A stretch of 64,000 nucleotides of DNA from assembly GCF_009914755.1 (NCBI RefSeq), contig NC_060948.1; one strand, 5' to 3'. Under the pieces are notes generated by a model. The model worked only from the letters and a program-made list of their open reading frames with translations. It had not been told where the DNA came from and made no database searches. The translations under genes and the position numbers were made by a program. Source of the DNA: the human T2T-CHM13v2.0 reference genome, Homo sapiens. This document shows, piece by piece, positions 20,294-40,209 of this stretch; the stretch's first letter is position 1; each line of letters opens with the position of its first letter.

Positions 20294-22421
20294 AGATCCA
20301 TATTTTTTAAATGAAAAAAAATTTCAAAGGTACTCTGCTTGGTACAATAATCAAATGTATAAACTGAGGAATAAAACATAACCATGAAACCTACTTATAA
20401 CTGCATATGGAAAATACAGAGGATAATTTTTTAAATAACATATTTTGAAAGCCTTAACTAGTAATTTGAAGAGCTGGCATTTGAAAGGCCAGTATGAATA
20501 TACCTTCAAATCAGCAACACAGGTTCCCCATGAGAAAAAGCAAACACAGGGAAATTAAAAACACAAAGGTTCAATCTCTTCTGACCTTTGAAAGACACAG
20601 CACAGACAGTGGTCCTTAGGACGAAGAGCAGGAGACCCCTAATTCCGTCACCATGGCGATAGGGCATAAACATTGCTGGGTGAGGGCACAATCCACATTG
20701 TGAGGTCCAACTGCTGCCAGGAAGACAGGAGTGCTTTTACATAGACCGAAAGGTCATTGAAGGCTCAGAGTTTTGTTTCAAGAACTGAATCCCAAGCCCA
20801 CACGTTATTAGGCTGCGCTTCTTAAAACAAGTTATGAGATGGGAAAAAGGGCACCCACAAACATACGTATACATTATGTATATAATAATATACAGTATCA
20901 TATATATAATATATATAACCTATGTATAATATTGTTTTACATCCTGCATCTTATGTTATATATATTGTATAAAATATAATAATTGATAATATATAAGTTT
21001 TATAATTATACAATATGACATATAGTATATATTATAATTTATGACATATATAATATATGTTATATATCATATGTAGAATATATTATACGGTTAATATACG
21101 TATTAAATATAAATTATACATTATATATATTATATATAATATATCTGTTATATATAATACCCATTATGCATAATATATATATTATGTCTATGTTATATAT
21201 AGTATAAAACAACATATAATAATATATAATTGTATATATAAAATGCGACATATAATATATATTATATTTTATAACATATGTAATATATATTATATATTAT
21301 ATATAATACGTTGTATGTATAATACCTATATTAAATATATATTATATGACTATGTTATTAATTACATGTCACATGTGTTATATATTATATATTTTACATA
21401 GAATATACCGGTTACATACAATATATACTATGTTACCTATAATGTGTAATTTATTACATGTAAAATAAAGAATGCAATATATTATGTATAATTTATAATA
21501 TACAATATGTGGAATGTGATATATATAACATATAATATATGATATATGATTTACAGTATATGATATATAACATACAATATATGATTCCTAATATATATGG
21601 TATACAATATATATTTTATGATATGTATTCTATATGTTTTATATTCTGTTATATATAACTATTTGAAATTATATATAACTGTATAATATTTTATGTAAAT
21701 ATGTAATATAATATATATAACTATATAATATATTATAGATAACTATATATTATGTTATATATACTTTTATAACATAATTTACATAAAATATCATAATATA
21801 ATATATATTATATTATTTCATATTACATAATATATATTACATATCACCCAATATAACTAACATACATAATATTATAACATAGATTATATTGTGTTATATT
21901 AAATATCATATATATCATGTATCATATATTCTATAATATATATTACACATTATATAATATGTATGTTGTCTATTATGTGATATATATAACTATATATATA
22001 ATTATATTTTTATACATATAACTAGATAAACATGTAATTCTACATATTTTCATTTATAATATGTAGAATTATATAATCATATATAATTATTTATATTCTA
22101 TAAAAAATTTTATCATTATATAAATTATAATATATAAAAATTATAATATGTACTACAAATATATATATTATATATCATATATGATATAGTACCTTTGTTA
22201 TATATCATAATACATATAAATGTGTATTATGTTATCTATAATTATATAATTTCATATATAAGATGTATAATATGTATCATATATTATATATGTTATGTAA
22301 TATATATAGTATATATAAGATGACACAGGATAAATATTATATACTATGACATATAAAATATATCAGGTTATATATTACATATAAGGCATAGCACATAACA
22401 TGTAATATGTATCATATATAA

Positions 22422-22729
22422 TTTTTTTTTAGACAGAATCTTGTCCTGTTGCACAGGGTGGGGTACAATGGCGCCATCTTTGCTCACTGCAACTTCTGCC
22501 TCATGGGTCCAAGCGATTGTCCTCCCTCAGCCTCCCAGGTAGCTGGGACTACACCACACTGGGACTACACCACACTGGGACTACACCAGCTGCCACCATG
22601 CCTAGCTAATTTTTTGTATTTTTAGTAGTGACAGCGTTTCACTGTATTGGCCAGGATGGTCTTGATCTCTTCACCTTGTGATCCCCTTGCCTTGGCCTCC
22701 AAATTTGCTGGGATTACAGGCCTGAGCCA
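22422..22729 (-). mobile_element. Alu in DYZ2 unit 10 (extra 16-bp internal copy)
   Basis: Same Alu with three copies of CTGGGACTACACCA(CA/GC) at 22543-22590. Confidence 0.95.
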
Positions 22730-24834
22730 AGATCCATATTTTTTAAATGAAAAAAAATTTCAAAGGTACTCTGCTTGGTACAATAATCAAATGTATAAAC
22801 TGAGGAATAAAACATAACCATGAAACCTACTTATAACTGCATATGGAAAATACAGAGGATAATTTTTTAAATAACATATTTTGAAAGCCTTAACTAGTAA
22901 TTTGAAGAGTTGGCATTTGAAAGGCCAGTATGAATATACCTTCAAAGCAGCAACACAGGTTCCCCATGAGAAAAAGCAAACACAGGGAAAATAAAAACAC
23001 AATGGTTCAATCTCTTCTGACCTTTGAAAGACACAGCACAGACAGTGGTCCTTAGGACGAAGAGCAGGAGACCCCTAATTCCGTCACCATGGCGATAGGG
23101 CATAAACATTGCTGGGTGAGGGCACAATCCACATTGTGAGGTCCAACTGCTGCCAGGAAGACAGGAGTGCTTTTACATAGACCGAAAGGTCATTGAAGGC
23201 TCAGAGTTTTGTTTCAAGAACTGAATCCCAAGCCCACACGTTATTAGGCTGCGCTTCTTAAAACAAGTTATGAGATGGGAAAAAGGGCACCCACAAACAT
23301 ACGTATACATTATGTATATAATAATATACAGTATCATATATATAATATATATAACCTATGTATAATATTGTTTTACATCCTGCATCTTATGTTATATATA
23401 TTGTATAAAATATAATAATTGATAATATATAAGTTTTATAATTATACAATATGACATATAGTATATATTATAATTTATGACATATATAATATATGTTATA
23501 TATCATATGTAGAATATATTATACGGTTAATATACGTATTAAATATAAATTATACATTATATATATTATATATAATATATCTGTTATATATAATACCCAT
23601 TATGCATAATATATATATTATGTCTATGTTATATATAGTATAAAACAACATATAATAATATATAATTGTATATATAAAATGCGACATATAATATATATTA
23701 TATTTTATAACATATGTAATATATATTATATATTATATATAATACGTTGTATGTATAATACCTATATTAAATATATATTATATGACTATGTTATTAATTA
23801 CATGTCACATGTGTTATATATTATATATTTTACATAGAATATACCGGTTACATACAATATATACTATGTTACCTATAATGTGTAATTTATTACATGTAAA
23901 ATAAAGAATGCAATATATTATGTATAATTTATAATATACAATATGTGGAATGTGATATATATAACATATAATATATGATACATGATATACAGTATATGAT
24001 ATATAACATACAATATATGATTCCTAATATATATGGTATACAATATATATTTTATGATATGTATTCAATATGTTTTATATTCTGTTATATATAACTATTT
24101 GAAATTATATATAACTGTATAATATTTTATGTAAATATGTAATATAATATATATAACTATATAATATATTATAGATAACTATATATTATGTTATATATAC
24201 TTTTATAACATAATTTACATAAAATATCATAATATAATATATATTATATTATTTCATATTACATAATATATATTACATATCACCCAATATAACTAACATA
24301 CATAATATTATAACATAGATTATATTGTGTTATATTAAATATCATATATATCATTTATCATATATTCTATAATATATATTACTCATTATATAATATGTAT
24401 GTTGTCTATTATGTGATATATATAACTATATATATAATTTTATTTTTATACATATAACTAGATAAACATGTAATTCTACATATTTTCATTTATAATATGT
24501 AGAATTATATAATCATATATAATTATTTATATTCTATAAAAAATTTTATCATTATATAAATTATAATATATAAAAATTATAATATGTACTACAAATATAT
24601 ATATTATATATCATATATGATATAGTACCTTTGTTATATATCATAATACATATAAATGTGTATTATGTTATCTATAATTATATAATTTCATATAAAAGAT
24701 GTATAATATGTATCATATATTATATATGTTATGTAATATATATAGTATATATAAGATGACACAGGATAAATATTATATACTATGACATATAAAATATATC
24801 AGGTTATATGTTACATATAAGGCATAGCACATAA

Positions 24835-25149
<315 letters not shown>

Positions 25150-27250
25150 AGATCCATATTTTTTAAATGAAAAAAAATTTCAAAGGTACTCTGCTTGGTA
25201 CAATAATCAAATGTATAAACTGAGGAATAAAACATAACCATGAAACCTACTTATAACTGCATATGGAAAATACAGAGGATAATTTTTTAAATAACATATT
25301 TTGAAAGCCTTAACTAGTAATTTGAAGAGTTGGCATTTGAAAGGCCAGTATGAATATACCTTCAAAGCAGCAACACAGGTTCCCCATGAGAAAAAGCAAA
25401 CACAGGGAAAATAAAAACACAAAGGTTCAATCTCTTCTGACCTTTGAAAGACACAGCACAGACAGTGGTCCTTAGGACGAAGAGCAGGAGACCCCTAATT
25501 CCGTCACCATGGCGATAGGGCATAAACATTGCTGGGTGAGGGCACAATCCACATTGTGAGGTCCAACTGCTGCCAGGAAGACAGGAGTGCTTTTACATAG
25601 ACCGAAAGGTCATTGAAGGCTCAGAGTTTTGTTTCAAGAACTGAATCCCAAGCCCACACGTTATTAGGCTGCGCTTCTTAAAACAAGTTATGAGATGGGA
25701 AAAAGGGCACCCACAAACATACGTATACATTATGTATATAATAATATACAGTATCATATATATAATATATATAACCTATGTATAATATTGTTTTACATCC
25801 TGCATCTTATTTTATATATATTGTATAAAGTATAATAATTGATAATATATAAGTTTTATAAATATACAATATGACATATAGTATATATTATAATTTATGA
25901 CATATATAATATATGTTATATGTCATATGTAGAATATATTATACGGTTAATATACGTATTAAATATAAATTATACATTATATATATTATATATAATATAT
26001 CTGTTATATATAATACCCATTATGCATAATATATATATTATGTCTATGTTATATATAGTATAAAACAACATATAATAATATATAATTGTATATATAAAAT
26101 GCGACATATAATATATATTATATTTTATGACATATGTTATAAATATTATATATTATATATAATACGTTGCATGTATAATACCTATATTAAATATATATTA
26201 TATGACTATGTTATTAATTACATGTCACATATGTTATATATTATATATTTTACATAGAATATACCGGTTACTTACAATATATAATATGTTACCTATAATG
26301 TATAATATATTACATGTAAAATAAAGAATGCAATATATTATGTGTAATTTATAATATACAATATGTGGAATGTGATATATATAACATATAATATATGATA
26401 TATGATATACAGTATATGATATATAACATAGAATATATGATACATAATATATATGGTATACAATATATATTTTAGGATATGTATTCTATATGTTTTATAT
26501 TCTGTTATATATAAATATTTGAAATTATATATAACTGTATAATATTTTATGTAAATATGTAATATAATATATAACTATGTAATATATTATATATAGCTAT
26601 ATATTATGTTATATATACTTTTATAACATAATTTTCATAAAATATCATAATATAATATATATTATATTATTTCATATTACATAATATATATTACATATCA
26701 CCCAATATAAGTAACATACATAATATCATAATATAGATTATATTATGTTATATTAAATATCATATATATCATGTATCATATATTCTATAATATATATTAT
26801 ACATTATATAATATGTATGTTGTCTATTATGTGATATATATAACTATATATAATTATATTATTATACATATAACTAGATAAACATGTAATTCTACATATT
26901 TTCATTTATAATATATAGAATTATATAATCATATATAATTATTTATATTCTATAAAAAATTATAGCTTTATATAAATTATAATATATAAAAATTATAATA
27001 TGTACTACAAATATATATATTGTATATCATATATGATATAGTACCTTTGTTATATATGATAATACATATAAATGTGTATTATGTTATCTATAATTATATA
27101 ATTTCATATATAAGATGTATAATATTTATTATATATTATATATGTTATGTAATATATATAGTATATATAAGATGACACAGGATAAATATTATATACTATG
27201 ACATATAAAATATATGAGGTTATATGTTACATATAAGGCATAGCACATAA

Positions 27251-27565
<315 letters not shown>

Positions 27566-29666
27566 AGATCCATATTTTTTAAATGAAAAAAAATTTCAAA
27601 GGTACTCTGCTTGGTACAATAATCAAATGTATAAACTGAGGAATAAAACATAACCATGAAACCTACTTATAACTGCATATGGAAAATACAGAGGATAATT
27701 TTTTAAATAACATATTTTGAAAGCCTTAACTAGTAATTTGAAGAGTTGGCATTTGAAAGGCCAGTATGAATATACCTTCAAAGCAGCAACACAGGTTCCC
27801 CATGAGAAAAAGCAAACTCAGGGAAAATAAAACCACAAAGGTTCAATCTCTTCTGACCTTTGAAAGACACAGCACAGACAGTGGTCCTTAGGACGAAGAG
27901 CAGGAGACCCCTAATTCCGTCACCATGGCGATAGGGCATAAACACTGCTGGGTGAGGGCACAATCCACATTGTGAGGTCCAACTGCTGCCAGGAAGACAG
28001 GAGTGCTTTTACATAGACCGAAAGGTCATTGAAGGCTCAGAGTTTTGTTTCAAGAACTGAATCCCAAGCCCACACGTTATTAGGCTGCGCTTCTTAAAAC
28101 AAGTTATGAGATGGGAAAAAGGGCACCCACAAACATACGTATACATTATGTATATAATAATATACAGTATCATATATATAATATATATAACCTATGTATA
28201 ATATTGTTTTACATCCTGCATCTTATATTATATATATTGTGTAAAATATAATAATTGATAATATATAAGTTTTATATTTATACAATATGACATATAGTAT
28301 ATATTATAATTTATGACATATATAATATATGTTATATATCATATATAGAAAATATTATACGGTTAATATACGTATTAAATATAAATTATACATTATATAT
28401 ATTATATATAATATATCTGCTATATATAATACCCATTATGCATAATATATATATTATGTCTATGTTATGTATAGTATAAAACAACATATAATAATATATA
28501 ATTGTATATATAAAATGCGACATATAATATATATTATATTTTATGACATCTGTAATATATATTATATATTATATATAATACGTTGTATGTATAATACCTA
28601 TATTAAATATATATTATATGACTATGTTATTAATTACATGTCACATATGTTATATATTATATATTTTACAAAGAATATACCGGTTACATACATTATATAC
28701 TATGTTACCTATATTGTATAATTTATTACATGTAAAATAAAGAATGCAATATATTATGTGTAATTTATAATATACAATATGTGGAATGTGATATATATAA
28801 CATATAATATATGATATATGATATACAGTATATGATATATAACATACAATATATGATACCTAATATATATGGTATACAATATATATTTTATGATATGTAT
28901 TCTATATGTTTTATATTCTGTTATATATAACTATTTGAAATTATATATAACTGTATAATATTTTATGTAAATATGTAATATAATATATATAACTATATAA
29001 TATATTATATATAACTATATATTATGTTATATATACTTTTATAACTTTATTTACATAAAATATCATAGTATAATATATATTATATTACTTCATATTACAT
29101 AATATATATTACATATCACCCAATATAAGTAACATACATAATATTATAATATACATTATATTATGTTATATTAAATATCATATATATCATGTATCATATA
29201 TTCTATAATATATATTATACATTATATAATATGCATGTTGTCTATTATGTGATATATATTACTATATATATAATTATATTATTATACATATATCTAGATA
29301 AACATGTAATTCTACATATTTTCATTTATAATATATAGAATTACATAATCATATATAATTATATTCTATAAAAAATTATATCATTATATAAATTATAATA
29401 TATAAAAATTCTAATATGTACTACAAATATATAAATTATATATCATATATGATATAGTACCTTTGTTATATATCATAATACATATAAATGTGTATTATGT
29501 TATCTATAATTATATAATTTCATATATAAGATGTATAATATTTATTATATATTATAAATGTTATGTAATATATATAGTATATATAAGATGACACAGGATA
29601 AATATTATATACTATGACATATAAAATATATGAGGTTATATGTTACATATAAGGCATAGCACATAA

Positions 29667-29997
<331 letters not shown>

Positions 29998-32098
29998 AGA
30001 TCCATATTTTTTAAATGAAAAAAAATTTCAAAGGTACTCTGCTTGGTACAATAATCAAATGTATAAACTGAGGAATAAAACATAACCATGAAACCTACTT
30101 ATAACTGCATATGGAAAATACAGAGGATAATTTTTTAAATAACATATTTTGAAAGCCTTAACTAGTAATTTGAAGAGTTGGCATTTGAAAGGCCAGTATG
30201 AATATACCTTCAAAGCAGCAACACAGGTTCCCCATGAGAAAAAGCAAACTCAGGGAAAATAAAACCACAAAGGTTCAATCTCTTCTGACCTTTGAAAGAC
30301 ACAGCACAGACAGTGGTCCTTAGGACGAAGAGCAGGAGACCCCTAATTCCGTCACCATGGCGATAGGGCATAAACACTGCTGGGTGAGGGCACAATCCAC
30401 ATTGTGAGGTCCAACTGCTGCCAGGAAGACAGGAGTGCTTTTACATAGACCGAAAGGTCATTGAAGGCTCAGAGTTTTGTTTCAAGAACTGAATCCCAAG
30501 CCCACACGTTATTAGGCTGCGCTTCTTAAAACAAGTTATGAGATGGGAAAAAGGGCACCCACAAACATACGTATACATTATGTATATAATCATATACAGT
30601 ATCATATATATAATATATATAACCTATGTATAATATTGTTTTACATCCTGCATCTTATATTATATATATTGTGTAAAATATAATAATTGATAATATATAA
30701 GTTTTATATTTATACAATATGACATATAGTATATATTATAATTTATGACATATATAATATATGTTATATATCATATATAGAATATATTATACGGTTAATA
30801 TACGTATTAAATATAAATTATACATTATATATATTATATATAATATATCTGCTATATATAATACCCATTATGCATAATATATATATTATGTCTATGTTAT
30901 GTATAGTATAAAACAACATATAATAATATATAATTGTATATATAAAATGCGACATATAATATATATTATATTTTATGACATCTGTAATATATATTATATA
31001 TTATATATAATACGTTGTATGTATAATACCTATATTAAATATATATTATATGACTATGTTATTAATTACATGTCACATATGTTATATATTATATATTTTA
31101 CATAGAATATACCGGTTACATACAATATATACTATGTTACCTATAATGTATAATTTATTACATGTAAAATAAAGAATACAATATATTATGTGTAATTTAT
31201 AATATACAATATGTGGAATGTGATATATATAACATATAATATATGATATATGATATACAGTATACGATATATAACATACAATATATGATACCTAATATAT
31301 ATGGTATACAATATATATTTTATGATATGTATTCTATATGTTTTATATTCTGTTATATATAACTATTTGAAATTATATATAACTGTATAATATTTTATAT
31401 AAATATGTAATATAATATATATAACTATATAATATATTATATATAACTATATATTATGTTATATATACTTTCATAACTTTATTTACATAAAATATCATAG
31501 TATAATATATATTATATTACTTCATATTACATAATATATATTACATATCACCCAATATAAGTAACATACATAATATTATAATATACATTATATTATGTTA
31601 TATTAAATATCATATATATCATGTATCATATATTCTATAATATATATTACACTTTATATAATATGCATGTTGTCTATTATGTGATATATATAACTATATA
31701 TATAATCATATTATTATACATATATCTAGATAAACATGTAATTCTACATATTTTCATTTATAATATATAGAATTACATAATCATATATAATTATATTCTA
31801 TAAAAAATTATATCATTATATAAATTATAATATATAAAAATTATAATATGTACTACAAATATATATATTATATATCATATATGATATAGTACCTTTGTTA
31901 TATATCATAATACATATAAATGTGTATTATGTTATCTATAATTATATAATTTCATATATAAGATGTATAATATTTATTATATATTATAAATGTTATGTAA
32001 TATATATAGTATATATAAGATGACACAGGATAAATATTATATACTATGACATATAAAATATATGAGGTTATATGTTACATATAAGGCATAGCACATAA

Positions 32099-32413
<315 letters not shown>

Positions 32414-34240
32414 AGATCCATATTTTTTAAATGAAAAAAAATTTCAAAGGTACTCTGCTTGGTACAATAATCAAATGTATAAACTGAGGAATAAAACATA
32501 ACCATGAAACCTACTTATAACTGCATATGGAAAATACAGAGGATAATTTTTTAAATAACATATTTTGAAAGCCTTAACTAGTAATTTGAAGAGTTGGCAT
32601 TTGAAAGGCCAGTATGAATATTCCTTCAGAGCAGCAACACAGGTTCCCCATGAGAAAAAGCAAACTCAGGGAAAATGAAACCACAAAGGTTCAATCTCTT
32701 CTGACCTTTGAAAGACACAGCACAGACAGTGGTCCTTAGGACGAAGAGCAGGAGACCCCTAATTCCGTCACCATTGCGATAGGGCATAAACATTGCTGGG
32801 TGAGGGCACAATCCACATTGTGAGGTCCAACTGCTGCCAGGAAGACAGGAGTGCTTTTACATAGACCGAAAGGTCATTGAAGGCTCAGAGTTTTGTTTCA
32901 AGAACTGAATCCCAAGCCCACACGTTATTAGGCTGCGCTTCTTAAAACAAGTTATGAGATGGGAAAAAGGGCACCCACAAACATACGTATACATTATGTA
33001 TATAATAATATACAGTATCATATATATAATATATATAACCTGTATATAATATCGTTTTACATCCTGCATCTTATATTATATATATTGTGTAAAATATAAT
33101 AATTGATAATATATAAGTTTTATATTTATACAATATGACATATAGTATATATTATAATTTATGACATATATAATATATGTTATATATAATATATAGAATA
33201 TATTATACGGTTAATATACGTATTAAATATAAATTATACATTATATATATTATATATAATATATCTGTTATATATAATACCCATTATATATAATATATAT
33301 ATTATGTCTATGTTTTATATAGTATAAACCAACATATAATAATATATAATTGTATATATAAAATGTGACATATAATATATATTATATTTTATGACATTTG
33401 TAACATGTATTATATATTATATATATTACGTTGTATGTATAATACCTATATTAAATATATATTATATGACGATGTTATTAATTACATGTCACATATGTTA
33501 TATATTATATATTTTACATGGAATATACCGGTTACATATAATATATACTATGTTACCTATAATGTATAATTTATTACATGTAATATAATGAATGTCATAT
33601 ATTATATATAATTTATAATATACAATATGTGGAATGTGATATATATAACATATATGATATATGATATAAAGTATATGATATATAACATACAATATATGAT
33701 ACGTAATATATATGGTATACAATATATATTTTATGATATGTATTCTATATGTTTTATATTCTGTTATATATAACTATTTGAAATTATATATAACTGTATA
33801 ATATTTTATGTAAATATGTAATATAATATATATAACTATATAATATATTATATATAATTATATTTTATGTTATATATACTTTTATAACATAATTTACATA
33901 AAATACAATAATATAAAATATATTATATTATTTCATATTACATAATATATATTCAATATCACCCAATATAAGTAACATACATACTATTAAAATATAGATT
34001 ATATTATGTTATATTAAATATCATATATATCATGTATCCTATATTCTATAATATATATTATGCATTATATAATATGCATGTTGTCTAATATGTGATATAT
34101 ATAACTATATATATAATTGTATTATTATACATATAACTATATAAACATGTAATTCTATATATTTTCATTTATAATATATAGAATTATATAATCATAATTA
34201 TTTATATTCTATAAAAAATTATATCATTATATAAATTATA

Positions 34241-36117
<1,877 letters not shown>

Positions 36118-38213
36118 AGATCCATATTTTTTAAATGAAAAAAAATTTCAAAGGTACTCTGCTTGGTACAGTAATCAAATCTATAAACTGAGGAATAAAA
36201 CATAACCGTGAAACATACTTATAACTGCATATGGAAAATACAGAGTATAATTTTTTAAAATAACATATTTTGAAAGCCTTAACTAGTAATTTGAAGAGTT
36301 TGCATTTGAAAGGCCAGTATGAATATACCTTCAAAGCAGCAACACAGGTTCCAAATGAGAACAATCAAACTCAGGGAAAATAAAACCACAAATGTTCACT
36401 CTGTTCTGACCTTTGAAAAACACAGCACAGACAGTGGCACTTAGGACCAAGAGCAGGAGATCCCTAATCCCGTCACCATGGCGATAGGGCATAAACATTG
36501 CGGGGTGAGGGCACAATGCACATTGTGAGGTCCAATTGCTGCCAGGAAGACAGGAGTGCTTTTACATAGACCGAAAGTTCATTGAAGGCTCAGATTTTCG
36601 TTTCAAAAACTGAATCCCAAGCCCTCACGTTATTATGCTGCACTTCTTAAAACAAGTTATGAGAAGGGAAATAGGGCACTCACAACATACGTATATAGTA
36701 TGTATATAATAATATACACTATCATATATATAATATATATAACCTATGTATAATATTGTTTTACATCCTGCATCTTATATTATATATATTATATGTAATA
36801 TAATAATTGATAATATATAAGTTTATATTTATACAATATGACATATAATATATATTATATTTTATGACATATATAATATAGATTATATATCATATATAGA
36901 ATATACTATACGGTTAATATACGTATTAAATATATAATATACATTATATATATTATATCTACGTTATATATAACATTAACTATAGATAATATATATATTA
37001 TATCTAGCTTATATATAATATAAAATAACAGATAATTATATATAATTGTATATATAAAATATGACATATAATATATATTATATTTTTGACATATATATCA
37101 TATATATTATATATTATATATAATATGTTGTATGTATAATACATATATTATATATATATTATAAGTCTAAATTATTAATTATATGCAATATATGTTATAT
37201 ATTACATATTTTACATTTCATACACATGTTACATACAATATATACTATGTTACATGTTACCTAGAATTTATTATATATAATAAAATGTATGTCATATATT
37301 ATATATACTTTATAGTATGCAATATGTGGAATGTGATATATATAACATGTAATATATGATATATGATATACGATATATGATATATAATATACAATATATG
37401 ATACATTTTATATATGGTATACAATATATATTTTATGATATATATTATATATGTTTTATATTATATTATACATAACCATTTAATTATATATAACTCTATA
37501 ATATTGTAGGTAAATATATAATATAATACATATAACCATATATTATGTTATTTATAATTTTATTACGTACATTCAATAATATATCATAATATAATATATA
37601 TTATATTATATTATTTTATATTACATAATATATATTATATATCACATAGTATGTGTTACATACATAATATTTAAATATATATTATATTATGATATATTAA
37701 ATATTATATATATTATGTATGCTATACTGTATAATATATATTATATATTATATATTATGCAGGGTGTCTATTATATGATATATATTATAATATATATAAT
37801 TATATTATACATATAACGATATAAATATGTAATTATATTTAACATTATTTATATTACATATAGTTATATAATCATATATAATAATTTATATTATAAAAAT
37901 AATTATATCATTATATAAATTATAGTATATATAAATTATAATATGTGATAAATAATATATATTATATATCATATATGATATAGCATATATGTTATATATC
38001 ATATTATATATCAATTTACGTTATGATATCTATAATTATATATTTTCATATATAAGATGTATAATATGAATTATATATTATATATGTTATTAAATATATA
38101 CTTTATATAAAATGACACAGGATAAATGTTATATATTATGACATATGATATATATGCGGTTATATATTATATATGAAGCATATTACATAACATATAATAT
38201 ATATCATATATAA

Positions 38214-38505
<292 letters not shown>

Positions 38506-40196
38506 AGATCCATATTTTTTAAATGAAAAAAAATTTCAAAGTTATTCTGCTTGGTACAATAATCAAATATATAAACTGAGGGTTAAAACATAACCTTGGA
38601 ACATATTTATAAGTGCATATGGATAATACAGAGGATAATTTTTTAAATAACATATTTTGAAAGCATTAACTGGTAATTTGAAGAGTTGGCATTTGAAAGG
38701 CCAGTATGAATATACCTTCAAAGCAGCAACACAGGTTCCCCATGAGAAAAATCAAACTTAGGGAAAATAAAACCACAAAGGTTCAATCTTTTCTGACCTT
38801 TGAAAGACACAGCACAGACAGTGGTCCTTAGGACGAAGAGCAGGAGACCCCTAATTCCGTCACCATGGCGATAGGGCATAAACATTGCTGGGTGAGGGCA
38901 CAATCCACATTGTGAGGTCCAACTGCTGCCAGGAAGACAGGAGTGCTTTTACATAGACCCAAAGGTCATTGAAGGCTCAGTGTTTTGTTTCAAAAACTGA
39001 ATCCCAAGCCCACACGTTATTATGCTGTGCTTCTTAAAAAAAGTTATGAGATGGGAAATAGGGCACCCACAATTATATCTATACATTATGTATATAATAA
39101 TATATAGAATCATATATATAATATATGTAACATATATATATAATACTGTTTTACATCCTGCAGTTATATTATATATATTATATGTATTATAATAACTGGT
39201 AATGTATAAGTATTATATTTATACACTGTGACATATAATAATTATATTTTATGCCGTATATAATATATATTATATATCATATACCAAATATATTATATGG
39301 TTAATATACGTATTAAATATATAATATACATTATAAATATTATATCTACGTTATATATAACATTCACTATAGTTAATATATATATTATATCTAGCTTATA
39401 TATAATATAAAATAACATATAATAATATATAACTGTATATATAAAATATGACATATAATATATATTATATTTTATGACATATATATGATATGTATTATAT
39501 ATAATATATAATATGTTGTAAGTATAATACATGTATTAAATATATATTATATGTCTATGTTATTAATTATATGTAATATATGTTATATATTACATATTTG
39601 ATATGGAATACACATGTTACATAGAATATATTCTATGTTACATATAACGTAGAATTTATTATGTGTAATATAATGTATGGCATATATTATAAATTCCTTA
39701 TAATATACAATATGTGGAATGTGATATATATAACTTGTAATATATGATATATGATATACAATATATGTTATATAACATACAATATATGATACATAATATA
39801 TATGGTATAGAATATATATTTTATGTTATATATTATATATGTTTTATATTTTATTATATATAAATATTTAAAATTATATATAACTGTATAATGTTATACG
39901 TAAATATATAATATACTACATATAACCATATATTATGTTATATAAAATTTTATTACATACTTTCCATAATATATCATATGGACTCCTTTGGAATGGTCTA
40001 GTATGCAATGCAATCGACTGGCAGGGAATTAAAAGGAATGCAATCGAATGGATTGCACAGGAATGCAATGGACTCGAATAGATTGGAAACAGAATGCAAA
40101 GGAATGGAATGGAATAGTATGGAATGGAATGGAAAGGAATGGAGTGGAATAGACTAGAGTAGAATGGAATTTACTCGAAAGCAATGGACTGGAATA

Positions 40197-40209
40197 GAAC
40201 TTTCTTGAA
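40197..40209. promoter_or_regulatory. Candidate heat-shock element A (GAActTTCttGAA), representative
   Basis: Exact GAAnnTTCnnGAA; also at 42976, 46520, 50069, 53638, 57150, 60687. Function not shown. Confidence 0.5.
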
